Shown here in pieces: positions 1 to 12,155 of a stretch of DNA of 64,000 bases. The DNA is from Phoronis australis (taxonomy: Eukaryota; Animalia; Phoronida), in assembly GCA_002633005.1 (NCBI GenBank), contig NMRA01000062.1, positions 605,981-669,980 on the forward strand, in the 5' to 3' direction. The translations under genes and the position numbers were made by a program. Numbering within the stretch: the stretch's first letter is position 1; every line of letters starts with the position of its first letter. Below the pieces are notes generated by a model that searched no databases, was not told where the DNA came from, and was given only the letters and a program-made list of their open reading frames with translations.

Positions 1-1219
1 GATTTTACGGTAAAACTTTCGCAGAAAAAATGTTTTCGAGCATATGATTAGTTTGACTATCTGGGTCGCAGCTTTCGACCTTGACGGCCAGTGCCGGCCG
101 GCGGCCGCTGACCGGGTCACGTCCCCTGACGCATTTTTCAACTGGTTAACATGCATATGCAGAGCTTCAATATCCATTCAGATCACAAAGCTACGGCTTA
201 AAGTACAACACACATTTGAGACTCGATTTTGTAATGACAGAGGTCCTTCTTGTGACATTATGGCAAATAACGTAATCGTTACGTACGTGGCGACAGCAAA
301 AGAATCCAAAATTCTATGGATACTGGAGTGGTTCGAGGGGTGGCACAGGGGTTAACAAGCCGTGACGGCATAAGTTAAATTTGTGGCGACGGGGGAAGCT
401 GGCTAATCACGTCGACAACGTCCTTGGACAATTTAGAGCGCCGTGGGATTTGATTCGTTTGTATGGGCACGACGACAAACTCGCGTGCCTGTACAAGCGT
501 CATGGACCACCTGCTGACGTTGAATATCTAGTCTCCCGTGTCACAGATACCATAATTGACGACTTTTAACCCGCCTTCCGTCGCAAAGAATAAGATTTTA
601 ACTCAATCTTAATGTGTTATGAAATTGTCCCCGTGTCAAGCTATGAACAAGGTATTTCTAGAATTAGAAAAAAGTGTTACATCTTCGTTATTAGACTGGC
701 TCTACAACTTCGCTTGTCACAGCGCTAGCCATTTTACGTAACGAGATTGGCCAAGCATGGTCGGCGCAGAACTGAAATAACTGGGGCTATAGCCCCGGCA
801 CCCAGACCACTATGGTGCGCCGCCCATGTGACCATGGGCAGCCGCTGCACGCCAGCCGACTCAGTGGGGGGCTGTAGCCCCCTATCGTACGCCCCTCATG
901 ACAAGGAATAATTAATGATCTCAGTTTTTCTTAGCCCGAAAATCACTTCCCATCAGAATTATTAACACGTTGAGATAAGTTTTGCAATGGTATCCGATCT
1001 TACTCAAAGGTTATTTTCTGTCGACCTCACGTTCATTTACGTACGCAGTTATAACTCACAATTCGCGATGAGCTTGCAACGATTTTACACTGACGAGAAT
1101 TTAATAACGCAGCCATGTGCAATAGACAGTAAAATGTTAATGTTTTATTTATAAGCGTCCGTGTATTTGCATCATGTTAAGAATGTTTTTCTTTACAGGG
1201 CGTTAAGAAGAAGCAAATT

Positions 1220-1294
1220 ATGGCAGAGTCAGGCATAAGCAAACAAGTTAAACGATTCGGTTTCGGTTTGAGAGCTTTCAAAAAATTCCCTGAG
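1220..1294 (+). CDS. C15orf48: NDUFA4/NMES1 (C15orf48)-like protein, coding exon 1 (MAESGISKQVKRFGFGLRAFKKFPE)
   Basis: Acceptor tttttctttacag ends at 1198, ATG at 1220, donor GAG|gtaagt at 1295, phase 0. Basic N-terminus ending in PE, just before the family (L/V)IPL motif. Confidence 0.8.
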
Positions 1295-3205
1295 GTAAGT
1301 CCATAGTATGGGTTACAAATTGTAGGAAACGTGTGTAATGGCTTCACAGAGTAGAAAGAACGGAGATGTGTGCGAACGAGATTCCACTTAGACCGCAGAC
1401 GGTTGGTCATGCTATGCTTTAGACACGATTTCGAAACAGAAACTTCAGCGAGATTAAACGTACATGTACATATCAAACTACACGTTTTTTATACTGGTGA
1501 TGTCATTATCCCCGAGGTTGCTGCTATTACCAATGACGATATTCATGATACAATTTGCAATAATCGATATATGTGTGGCTGAAGCTTTATAGCACGTGCA
1601 ACAAAAAGTTATACCTCCGTGTGAAATTATACCGACATACCGACTTCGTGAGCCGTATTTTAGTGCTTTATTAGTTGTACGTGGTTATCGCATGGTTTTT
1701 ACAAGCACATTTCAAGAGCCAACTGCTTTCATTTTGTTGCTCACCAGAAAACTTAGGGTGGTAATGCGTAGCTATACGTTTGAGCTTTGTCTGAGTCTCT
1801 TACGTCTATGGAATTCAACTGTGGCGACTCTCGTTTGCGAAGGTAGAAATTTAGAGCCGTTGAATCCTCCGTGGTTTACGATTTATTCCAGTATCACTCA
1901 TCTGCCAAGTTTTAGGCCTGCATTTTAAAAATCACTATGTACCAACTGGCATTTTTATTTTGAATTCAATACTGAGTAATACAGCAGCAGTATATACAGT
2001 GTACTGCCGACGTGCTCTACAAAAGCGCAGCATTGTGGGTAAATACGGAAAATCAGCGAGGGCACTGTGGAATGACAATAATGTCTTCGTTATCGAATCC
2101 TCCAAGGACCGTTTCATTTCATTGGCAGACGACAGATGAATTGTGAATTTTTACTGTCACACAACGTCACTCGGTCATTTCATAGTTAGCGGACAGTGGC
2201 AAGCAGAAGTGAGCCAGCTACTTTTGATACATGGTCGTTGGCGTGGTAAGAATTCTTTGTCGATCATCTTGTCTGGAGTCAGCATGCCGCGGGCGGACAG
2301 GTGAACTTTAATTTTGTCACGTATTACTGTAACAATAAGTCCACAAAAAACAAGGCTGAAGAAAATCTTACTTTAGCTACCAACAGTTTGTAATTTACAT
2401 GTAGTACTCGTCACCAAATAGTATTTGGTAAATTTTTAGTACTTACTGAGAATATGACAAAGTTTACACTGAATTATGTTTACTCCTTTTAAATTGAACT
2501 GTGAAGTTTTACTATATTCAGTTTTGTCGGAACGAATAGTGTCCGTAAATTACTCAGCGACGGCCGAAGCGTGCCACGCGATAGCATTTCCCTAAGTTTA
2601 CTCGAAGCATGTCATTCAACCTTGAGAATCTCTTTCTTTTGTTAATTGCCAGACTGTCTTTCGTCCGATTTCACGACGCGGACGCCAATTACCTACCACA
2701 CTGAATGAACACATTATTGTAAACACGCAACGACTCAAAACTCTTGTCAACAAATAAAAGCCTATCGTAGCGTTTTGGTCAATTTTTTATCGCGTTTCTT
2801 CCGCGAAAGAAGGATTTTACATAAATTTTCACGAGAAAATCACTTTAGGTAGCCAAACAGGTTAAAAAATAACAAATTCTGTCCTTGAAATTTCAGCCAT
2901 TATTTACTGCCGTGAAGATATCGCCAATGCCATAATTGCTCTGTACAACACAACAAGAGCTTAAATCAACTTTCGTGATATCAAGGCAGCCGGCGACACC
3001 GGGTTTCCCGGTTCATATAGACAAAGCTTTGATATAGAGAAGCATTGTCCAAGTATACATGTACCTTCCACTGCACGAAGCATACGGGAATAGCATTGAA
3101 CAACATGCTGGCACTGCACTATCGCACGGTGGACTCTTTCCTACACCGACACCGAACAATCGTGTCCGTAGCGCTCATTACAACGTATCTTGCTATTACT
3201 TTCAG

Positions 3206-3349
3206 GTGATTCCTCTCGTGAGCATGGTCAGCGTGGCTGTCGCAGGCGGGCTTGCCTTCATGGCTTATTCGCTCTACACAAAACCCGACCTGCAACTACG
3301 ATCCGGGGACTTACGGTTTGAGAACGTCAAGCCAAACGAAACCGTTAAG
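3206..3349 (+). CDS. C15orf48: NDUFA4/NMES1-like protein, coding exon 2, single TM helix (VIPLVSMVSVAVAGGLAFMAYSLYTKPDLQLRSGDLRFENVKPNETVK)
   Basis: Flanked by ttactttcag| and AAG|gtatta; 144 nt, phase 0/0. Resembles human C15orf48 [28 protein letters not shown] (recalled, not searched). Confidence 0.88.
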
Positions 3350-3392
3350 GTATTAGGACATGCGCAAAATAGATTTACAGTATTCTCGAAAT

Positions 3393-3652
3393 CAGTAGCG
3401 TGCAGAGGTTTAGTGATGCCAGGGGCGATTTTTTAATTATTGGATTCCTCTATCTCTATTCAAATGCATGGACCCTAATGTTGATAAGAAAAGTAAAAAC
3501 GATGAAATATAAAATAGAAACTTTATTCAATTTAACCAGTCACCATTTCAGAAAGTTTATTCACAGTGATTGGATGCCCCCCCTGTGGATGCCCCCCCCC
3601 TGTGGATGCCCATGGCCGTTGCCCCGTCGACGCCCCCTTCTGCACGCTACTG
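3393..3652. mobile_element. Small hAT-like MITE
   Basis: TIR CAGTAGCGTGCAGA...TCTGCACGCTACTG with internal C-rich repeats; flanking 8-mers only partly matched (ctcgaaat/cttgcaaa). Confidence 0.55.
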
Positions 3653-4336
3653 CTTGCAAAATAGAGAAACGCTTCTCGCCTAAGGAATTCTAAGATGGGT
3701 AAGTCATATGTAGTCGTAACGCGTGTGCGTCCACACTATTCACCTTTGTGACAATTTACCTATCGCCAGGATTTTGACTGACGGCTTAACTCACCTATCA
3801 GAAAGCAAAATTCTTGACACACCTTCGTCTGCGTTTCCAAGCCGCCACATAAAAGAGGGTTGTCGGTGACTTTTCACAAGGGGCGTAGCTTGCGAAATGT
3901 CCATTGGTTCCAGTAACTTCGTGGTAGTAGCGGCACTTAGACAGGTGTTTTATGACCTCAATAGGCACATTCAAGAAGAGACGACATATTGTCGATCTGT
4001 ACACAAACGTTAAAAACTATAGTTAAAAAATGTACCTCTAGTGTACAATTTCGAACTCCCAAACCATTTGGAGGAAATTGAATTTGAGTTATCCTTTCGA
4101 GGGGATGCTTGGTGTGCGAACTCACCAGTGCAGCACGGAAAATACTTCGTGGAAATAAGTTACCTGGCCTCGGGTTGTCGATTCGAACTACGCCAAATTT
4201 GGAAGGCGTTTTCTTTTCTGCATAACGCATGCGGGCATTTCCAAATTGAATGCCAGTAGGCCCCACATTTTAAAATACCCATAGTAGTGCCGACTGTGAA
4301 GATATGCTAAGTTGATTATACTGTCTTATTTTCCAG

Positions 4337-4417
4337 CTCGTAACTATAAACCAGCAGTACAGAGAAATTCCTGAACTAGAAGCCCTCAGGAAAGAGATTG
4401 GGAGTTACAAATCTTAG
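4337..4417 (+). CDS. C15orf48: NDUFA4/NMES1-like protein, last coding exon (LVTINQQYREIPELEALRKEIGSYKS*)
   Basis: Acceptor ttattttccag|, TAG at 4415-4417. K|LVTINQQY matches C15orf48 KLITINQQW. Spliced protein is 99 aa. Confidence 0.88.
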   Translation, partial: LVTINQQYREIPELEALRKEIGSYKS

Positions 4418-5259
4418 GTTAATGCCACACTGCGTGCAGCTGTGGCACGGTAGAGTTGGACTGTCTGTGCCGTATTGGAAGACTATACCCTGTCGCTTTA
4501 TAGCGACCAGTATTTGTGATCGCGGACGTAGAGATTATCTAGCCTTGAGGAAAACTGAAAGAACATCTTTAGTTTGAGCAAGCATTAGATGGACGGGTAA
4601 AAACTAAAAGAAAACCGTCGTAACTGGAAAAGCACGTGCATTAGTCACGCGAAGAACCAAAAAGAAAACAAGCGGTGCGCCATACGCAGCTTTAACTGGT
4701 ACTCAAGGCTGTTATTATAAATAACTACCTAAGATATAACACGAGAAGATATCAAAAACATATGCCATATTTTGAAGAATTCATCCGTTTTCAAGGCAAA
4801 TATAAAACATATAACACACAAGCCTCCATTGCTGTCTATCGAAAAACTAACGCTATATTGCAAGTAGGAGCGAAGGATAACTGGGTTCTGAATGCGCGCA
4901 CCCAGCCTTTAATATGGGGGGAGGGGCGGGGGCTCGAATTTCTCTTGTTTCTCTGAGGCGGACCTTTTTGTCCACTTCGCCAAATGAGGGGGGGGGGCTC
5001 GTTCGAGCCCCCGAGCCGCCCCCCCAGGTGAGCGCATGTTCTGATGGAACAGGCTGGCCGCGTGCATATCACGATGCACTTAGGCGGGGCAACTTGACCG
5101 TCCCGCACGCGACACGACGTAACACTCATGATTTCGTCGGTGTTTAGTACGTTTCCGATCTACTAAGACGAACATGCTCTGTTGACCAAACAGAACCAGT
5201 CCTCAGCAGTATACTGAGAATCGTAAAAAAATAACAGCAAATGTCAGCAGTGATAATTC

Positions 5260-5273
5260 TTTATTGGTTTATT
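5260..5273 (-). terminator. Tandem AATAAA polyadenylation signals, probably ending the CDK14 3'UTR
   Basis: The + strand reads tttattggtttatt, i.e. two AATAAA on -, about 3.9 kb downstream of the kinase stop and just before the convergent gene. Confidence 0.5.
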
Positions 5274-7302
5274 ACGATCCACGTGTCAACCATTAAAACG
5301 TGTGGTGGTGCGCATTAGATGCTAAAAAATATTCTCTTACAAGTGGTTCCAGAAACAACACATGGTGACCTAGCGTTGAGTATAAACGCTCAAATGTGGT
5401 TATACGTGTTCATGTAACAATGGCTTTCAAAGAGCAAATCGTGATCGTCCAACTACCGTTGATTGGTTACTGCTAAATTTTTCAAAGAACTATATTAGCA
5501 ACCATAACCAGCGACTAGAGATCTCATCTCTCTGTAATAACCACGCAAATTCCCTGCTTTTCGGCCACCAAGTATTTCATGGTCATCCCTTAAAAATTAA
5601 CGTCGTCAACAGCAGTCTCTTGGACAACAACAGACGAAGTCATAAACGTGCCTGACGGAAGATTTACCATTCAAGCTTATCATAATTGAGCGTATGAACC
5701 TAACAGTGCATAAGAAAGTAAGGTTTAACACAGCTGTAATGGCTGAACCAGTCTAGACGTGCCAACAGGAATCAGACCTTTTTGACAAACCACAAGCAAA
5801 AAAGAAACTGAAACCATTCTTAACACGCTGTGTACAAATAAGTTCGGTTTGTTTAACTACGATAAGAAAATAGGTTTCTATGAATCTATTAATATCACGA
5901 ACAAATATTATGAGGGGGAAATAAGATGAGCAAAGGTGAAAGGCCAAATAACATTTTAAGACGGCCTTACAAGTAGAGTCTACACGTGTCGTGGGAATCG
6001 TACAAAATAAAATATCTCAGAACAAAACAAAACAAAAATGCAAGACAGACAACAAATTGTAACTGGTTTGGTTATATCTACATTCCAGCTCAGTTGGCCG
6101 GTGAAACTGTAGGAAGGTGGTGGATGGCGGCAACGGGGACAGCAGCACGTCCCTCGCAACAACAGGAAACTGAATGGTCTGCGGAGTTGTAGGGAATAGC
6201 TAAACACATACTTGCGACAACATAACTTCAAAACACGGGGTCAACAAATAACTTGCAAGATACACGACTAAAATAACGGTAAATCTTGGAAGCACCACTC
6301 ATTCATAAGCAGGCACCTACTATAAATTTTTATTTTACGACATACCATAACGCATTTTTGTCGTCATAGGTACGCATACCGGTATTACAAGGATCTGGAC
6401 TTGGGGAATGTGACGCCAGCGAGATCCACGACTGGGTATCTAAATTAAGAGTCCCTAAGTGTACGAGAAAGTCGGGCAAAATGAAATGTCTTCGAAAATG
6501 ACATGCGTTTTTTTACTGCTGGTTTTTGAAATTAAGAAAAACCCAACTTTTTCCTCCACATTTTACTCACTTGAGACCGGTAAAATTGCAGAAATTCTTG
6601 CAGTATTCTCGAAAAATCAACAAGCCGTGAAAATTTTCATGGATACTACCTTGTAGTACGTTCTTTTGCTTTTTAAAAACAAGGTAATGGTTTAACTAAC
6701 ACCTGTTCACTTAAAGTGAATTATATCATCTATTGTCGGGCTTGCTTACATCGAGTCCCAATAACAACTTACTAATATATGATCAGAACAATTGCACTGG
6801 GGACCGTTTTGCTTAGTTTTCAACCAGAAACATTGAATTTGGGTACCCCAGCGAAGCTTTCTTTAGCGGCGTCTTATTAATTTGGCGTAGATACTCGAGA
6901 CTTCATTTGGTACCATACACACAACTAGCTAGGCTATCTCTCCATGTCCATGTGCATACGCGCTCAGGCATCCACAAAATGAAGTTTACCAACTTGGGCT
7001 TCCTGCTTGATAACGTATGCTAGCGCCACCTATTGTAAACCTGTTATGCGCCGAGTCCAAGTGTTTCGCTGCTGTCGGGCACATTGACATCAAAAGCCAA
7101 CACTAGCACATATTATCTTGCTGGTATCTGGTTATCTCCCCATGTAAAAATATATATTTTTGCTTTTTAACTGTGCTTCATTTTGTTTGCATCCCAAACT
7201 TGACGGTAATTGTCTAGTATTTGAGAGGACTCACAAAATGCCAATTTCCAAACCATGTTGCATTGGCAGCTTTTGGTAAGCCAACTTGTGGTCAAGCTGG
7301 TC

Positions 7303-7319
7303 TCGCCCCCTGGTGGCTG
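7303..7319 (-). promoter_or_regulatory. CTCF-consensus motif
   Basis: Reverse complement CAGCCACCAGGGGGCGA matches the CTCF core. Weaker matches at 7021-7036 and 18109-18127. Confidence 0.4.
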
Positions 7320-8774
7320 CTGCTGGGGTGGGATGTGTACTTGCAGTTAAAGGAACCAAAAAATTCCCCTCGCTCGAGAGGACCCTATTTCGTTGATTCT
7401 CGTGGATACAGGTGCTGCTCTCAGTAATGGTATCATGACTTCTATCTACCAACACATCTTCTTAAATCGGTGATATGTTCAACCCCATTGCTACAATTGA
7501 TCTAGGCCATTAAAACACCACAGATGTTTTGCTTCAGATGCACCGGTACAAAGATGAAATCAACTTAATATGTCTTAATACACCCATTCTAATTCTGAAA
7601 AAATGTTTTCAAGGTCTCTGTTTCAGAACAAAATCATTTGTGCATGTTTTCCTATAATCTTGATATTTCAATTTTTGACAGTAACTGGAATGGGCTCAAA
7701 TCTCCTGCCATCTGACCTAACATGCCCTACCAGCTTTCCAAGAAATCAAATAACTGTTTTTTTAAAGAAAACTATTAGTCTGTATTGTGGTTGTTCTTCA
7801 TATTATCCACCATACAATCTAACAAAAACATGTGATGGCCCGACTTTCTCCTACAGAGACTCTTAATCTCGTAACTTTCTTTAGCTTGCGACCGAACTTC
7901 ACAAGGTACATGACATAACACACAAACACTATTGAGTAATAAACTACAGCCATAAACAATTAATGTAAAGCCCCACATGGGGAGCTGTGTGTCAACAAAT
8001 GAACATCTAGTTCCAACAAATGACTAGCTGAGTTCATAAAGGGACCACCATTACAAATATCAACAATAAACATTATCTTCAATTCACAGCACCATTATTA
8101 CAAGTAACAGCTCCACTACAGGGATAAACATACAGATGAGAAGAGCTACTACAGCAGTTTGTTGACTGGCAATTCTCGTTACACAACATTCCACAGTGTT
8201 ACACACTTGAAAATGGTCAAACTTCACAGGCCCATTTGTTCCGTGTTCTGTTGTGAAAGTACGCACCTGTAGTCGCTACCGACAACAACGGGAAACTCAG
8301 AGTTGAAAATAGAGGTGTAATAAAGGTAAATTTCACGTCAAAAATTTCAACCAAGTGCTGTGTTACCTCAGGCAGATATACCTGGATTGATGCCACTCAG
8401 ACATCAGAGTCATAACATATACATATACATATAATATCACAGTCATACTGGTGTATATGACTGGGTAAACAACATGTCATAATGGTGTTATGACAGGGTT
8501 AACAACATGTCTCCCATCAGTCATAATGGTGTTTATGACCACGTTTTCCTTACAACTCAAGTTTAGCGATCCCAGAGCTGATAACAGTCTAATCAACAGA
8601 CTCGACTGGTTACACAGTACCCAATACACATAGAAGATTGCAAACAGCCAACGTGTACTTCAGAGACACCACAGGTGAAAACATGCTTCTCATTTGTATC
8701 TGGAAACTTTCAGACTTGCAGTACAGCACCAGTTAGCTAGACTATTGACGGACAAGCAAGGCAGGCTTCAGCTG

Positions 8775-8955
8775 ATTCCCAAGTCTCTCAAGTCAATTAG
8801 CATGCTGCTGATGTCCGATTGACAAGTTTCCCCAGTCTATCAGCATGCTGTTGATGTCTCATTCCCAAGTCTCCCCAGACTATCAGCATGCTGTTGATGT
8901 CTCATTTCCAAGTCTCCCCAGACTATCAGCGTGGTGGTGACGTGTCACTTCCAAG
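8775..8955. repeat. ~43-bp tandem repeat, about 4 copies, in the CDK14 3'UTR
   Basis: Unit ttcccaagtctccccagactatcagcatgctgttgatgtctca, repeated with divergence. Confidence 0.85.
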
Positions 8956-9176
8956 CTGGGCACTCTAAGTGCCACAACGTACACAGTGAAAAGAGATCTT
9001 TGTGCCAATGTTTGAGATTTTTCAACCACTTTGGATGTACTTGTCAACCTCAAAGGCGGTCAACAGACCGTGAGTCCTGTAGCGGTCAGTGCCACCTTCA
9101 GCAAGAGTTGGATTTAGCCAGTCTACCACAGCTGGGCACGTTTATTGTGGCAGTATGTCGGTGCGAAAGGCAACTC

Positions 9177-9286
9177 TTACAAGACAAGTTTCTTGGATGC
9201 AGTTGGATTGGTGCGAATCCTGGGCCGCAGCAGTTGGTTGACTTCAGCCAGCATGTGACAGCCAGGAATGTTGAAGATGGAAATCA
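9177..9286 (-). CDS. CDK14: CDK14/PFTAIRE kinase last coding exon (VISIFNIPGCHMLAEVNQLLRPRIRTNPTASKKLVL*)
   Basis: Acceptor ttgtttcag|, phase 1; SIF..P motif typical of PFTAIRE/PCTAIRE tails; TAA at 9179-9177. Confidence 0.85.
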
Positions 9287-10863
9287 CTGAAACAAGCCAT
9301 TGTAGAGGTTAAGATCTCCGCGGCAACCGAACACAGGCAGGACAATAAAGGAGTTTGAAGATTTGAGATTGTAAAAAATCTCCATTTAGGGCAGTCTGTA
9401 GAATTTGGGACAAAAAACTCCCACAAAAATTGAACTTTCCTGATTCTGGAATTTGATTCAAGAGCAATTTAAATTTGGCATTCATCAATTTTGGACCATG
9501 TGTTTTCCCTTTTCAGAGTGGATAATTTTGCGATCTTTCGTTTTGCGACCTTTCGGTGTTTACTGACTTTGGGACGACCAGTGTTACCTAATTCTAAAAT
9601 TTGGGACAAGCTCCGACCTTGAGCAAAAACAATTCATTTCTCACTATCCCAAATTAGAGAATTTTCACTGCAGCTTAAAATTACAATGAATTCGTCAAAA
9701 TTGAACTTTCGATTTAGACTCCTTTCCATTAGCAAACCGGTCTCACTGTCTTTGTGTACATCACAGAAAAGTGATTTCTGGGCGTGGGAAGAGCTGACAG
9801 CTTATCTGATCGCCATATATAATAACTCAGCGCGTCACATCATCTTATCGAGCCAGAGTAACGAACAGCTTGTTATAATAGCTTTAGACCCTGATCGCCA
9901 CATGTAATGACTCAGCGTGTCACACCTTCTTATCGAGCCTGAGTAACTGAAAGTCATGCCATTGACAAAAAGTGGATCAATACAGCTTTATAAGTTCCAA
10001 CTTTGGACACAAAATGGGTCAACACAGATTTAAAAATTCCAACTTTGTACACGTTAAGCCCTGCATTTGAGTTTGAAAACCATCGTTTTGGTGCATATTT
10101 TGGGGTTGAACTTTTTAACACCGTCAGAGAGAACTCCTCTTCACACAATATCACAATTAACTAAACGAATTCCATCGCTTACTTAAGATTTTTCACCAAT
10201 AACTTCACGTCGTATTCCATTCAAAATTTTTGATTTAGGTGTGACATAATTTTGTGGTTCCCGATTACAAGGAGTATGTCCATCATTTTCCTGTCAATAA
10301 CAATTGCCTCAACAGAGATGTAGTTGGAGAACGAGTACGGTCTTGACAGAAGGTAACTGACTGATCACAAGTTCCGAACGATGTTTCTTGACGACAGACG
10401 GAAGAGCGGAGATAATCCCACTATTTCTGAAGACTCGGTGGATTGGATTTCACAGTTGGAATTTATAGGCACATGATGCGTAGCGATGCAAGTACTCGGT
10501 GAAACACGATACGATAAAATCTCACCAATTTAGAACACAATACGGAAGACATGACAGATTTTTATGAATAACACATGGCACCAAAATCATGCTTTTCCAC
10601 ATAGTGAGTTCTGTACCAAGTTGACCAGCAGACAATATTTTGAAAAATTGTAGACATTCATGACAATGACAGTAGGCCTTAAAAATGAAAAAATGAGCAA
10701 TTTTTGACAATTATTTTTGTTCGAAACTGGAGAGACTTTATTGTAGTCGGCGATCACTGGGTCTACAAGTAAGAGTGTTCTGCATACCCTTCACCATCTT
10801 GTGTCTACCTTTATCATGCACATTGCATAACTTAAACAACCTCAAGTGTTACATCATCCTTAC

Positions 10864-10954
10864 CAGGTGGTAGATCATGGAGTCTGCTTGGAAGATCTAA
10901 GAAGTAGGAGTCCATCAGCGCAGCCGAGGCTGAGATTCTCTTCTGGGGATCGCA
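10864..10954 (-). CDS. CDK14: CDK14 exon, subdomain XI (CDPQKRISASAALMDSYFLDLPSRLHDLPP)
   Basis: cacttcag| ... G|gtaagg; 91 nt, phase 0/1; P..RISA..AL...YF motif. Confidence 0.92.
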
Positions 10955-11766
10955 CTGAAGTGGAATTGAAAATAGTTAAGTTTTGTGCTGGATAATTGCT
11001 GTAGAAAACTTTGAACTTAACTGACTGATGAATAAAAATCAACCAATGTGAACGTTTCGACTAATCTCAAAACGAAATGGACAATGTCGAAATGTGACAA
11101 AATTTCGACGCACAAAACTGCGACTAAATATGCATGTCTTTTGACTTTGAATCCGCTTCACTGTTGGCTAAATCTCAACAAAATCGCAACAGGTGTCGCT
11201 CTATGCACATTCTTGTGACAACTGAGTGAGGCCAATCACAAATGAAAAAATAGCAACTAGGTAAAATAAGGCCACTGTGTCAGCCTATATTTTGACAAAA
11301 AATCATTTTATTGCCAACAACAAAAGTTCAATCAAAATGCCAAAAAATTTGAGCAAGCTGAGTTTGACAGAGTCTGATAGAGTCACGTCAAATTCTGTCT
11401 CGTAAAAGAAAACAACCACCTGTATCATTTGCAAGCATTACTAACATATGAGAATGATTTTGTAAAACAGATAATAATTTGGTCACCTAGTCAAAGCCAT
11501 CCTGGCAGTCTTATTTCATTATAACACACAGGCCAAGTGCCTCCAAGCATCATTGCTAATGCGGTAATTGACCTGTTCTATAGAAAAGGAGCTCAAATCA
11601 GTTTTGGTGATGCAATGGGCTCTTGGGGCTGGTGGTCCTTGTACAACTTGAAAGTACAAGGAACTAGCAAAAGGACATTATTCTAAAGATCACTTTGACA
11701 TGAACCTCTGGACTGATGACAACTTTGGAAATCTCTCCTGCAGAACTGCTACAATGAACCGCCTAC

Positions 11767-11864
11767 CTGCAGGAAATTTTCCGCCAACTTCTCAGCATGT
11801 GGAATGGAAGCCAGTTTGGGAATCACCTGAATTAACCGTTTGCTTGGATAGCGGTTGAATTTTT
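11767..11864 (-). CDS. CDK14: CDK14 exon (EKFNRYPSKRLIQVIPKLASIPHAEKLAENFLQ)
   Basis: ttggttgcag| ... CAG|gtaggc; 98 nt, phase 1/0. Confidence 0.9.
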
Positions 11865-12155
11865 CTGCAACCAAACACAATAGGTTTAACATAGAGATCA
11901 AGATGACTGGCCCATTACAGAACACCTGCTGTCGGTACGGTGTCAGATCTACGAAGCTTTTGAACTAACATTATGGCAAGGATATAGTTGAAGTGAGTTT
12001 AGTGAGAATGATTTTAGACCCCTTAAGGGCATAATGCGGTGCCATCTTTGACATACAACTTGTTTTGGCTAATATTTTTTGGAGGCAGCTTTTGGTTTTT
12101 TAAAACGGTTGGATAGAGTTTTCAATTAAACATGATAAAACACAGAAATAAATAA

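Noticed and set aside
44-569. Short + strand ORFs at the window start
   Set aside because: No recognisable domain; probably repeat or intronic DNA upstream of the NMES1-like coding exons.
1331-1390. GTGTGCG (miR-147/miR-210 seed) in the NMES1-like intron
   Set aside because: The flanks do not fold into a convincing pre-miRNA, and the rest does not match the mature sequences.
1934-4289. Two segments bounded by CACTA...TAGTG (1934-2540 and 3734-4289)
   Set aside because: The inverted match barely extends beyond 5-6 bp and there is no TSD, so they cannot be called CACTA elements.
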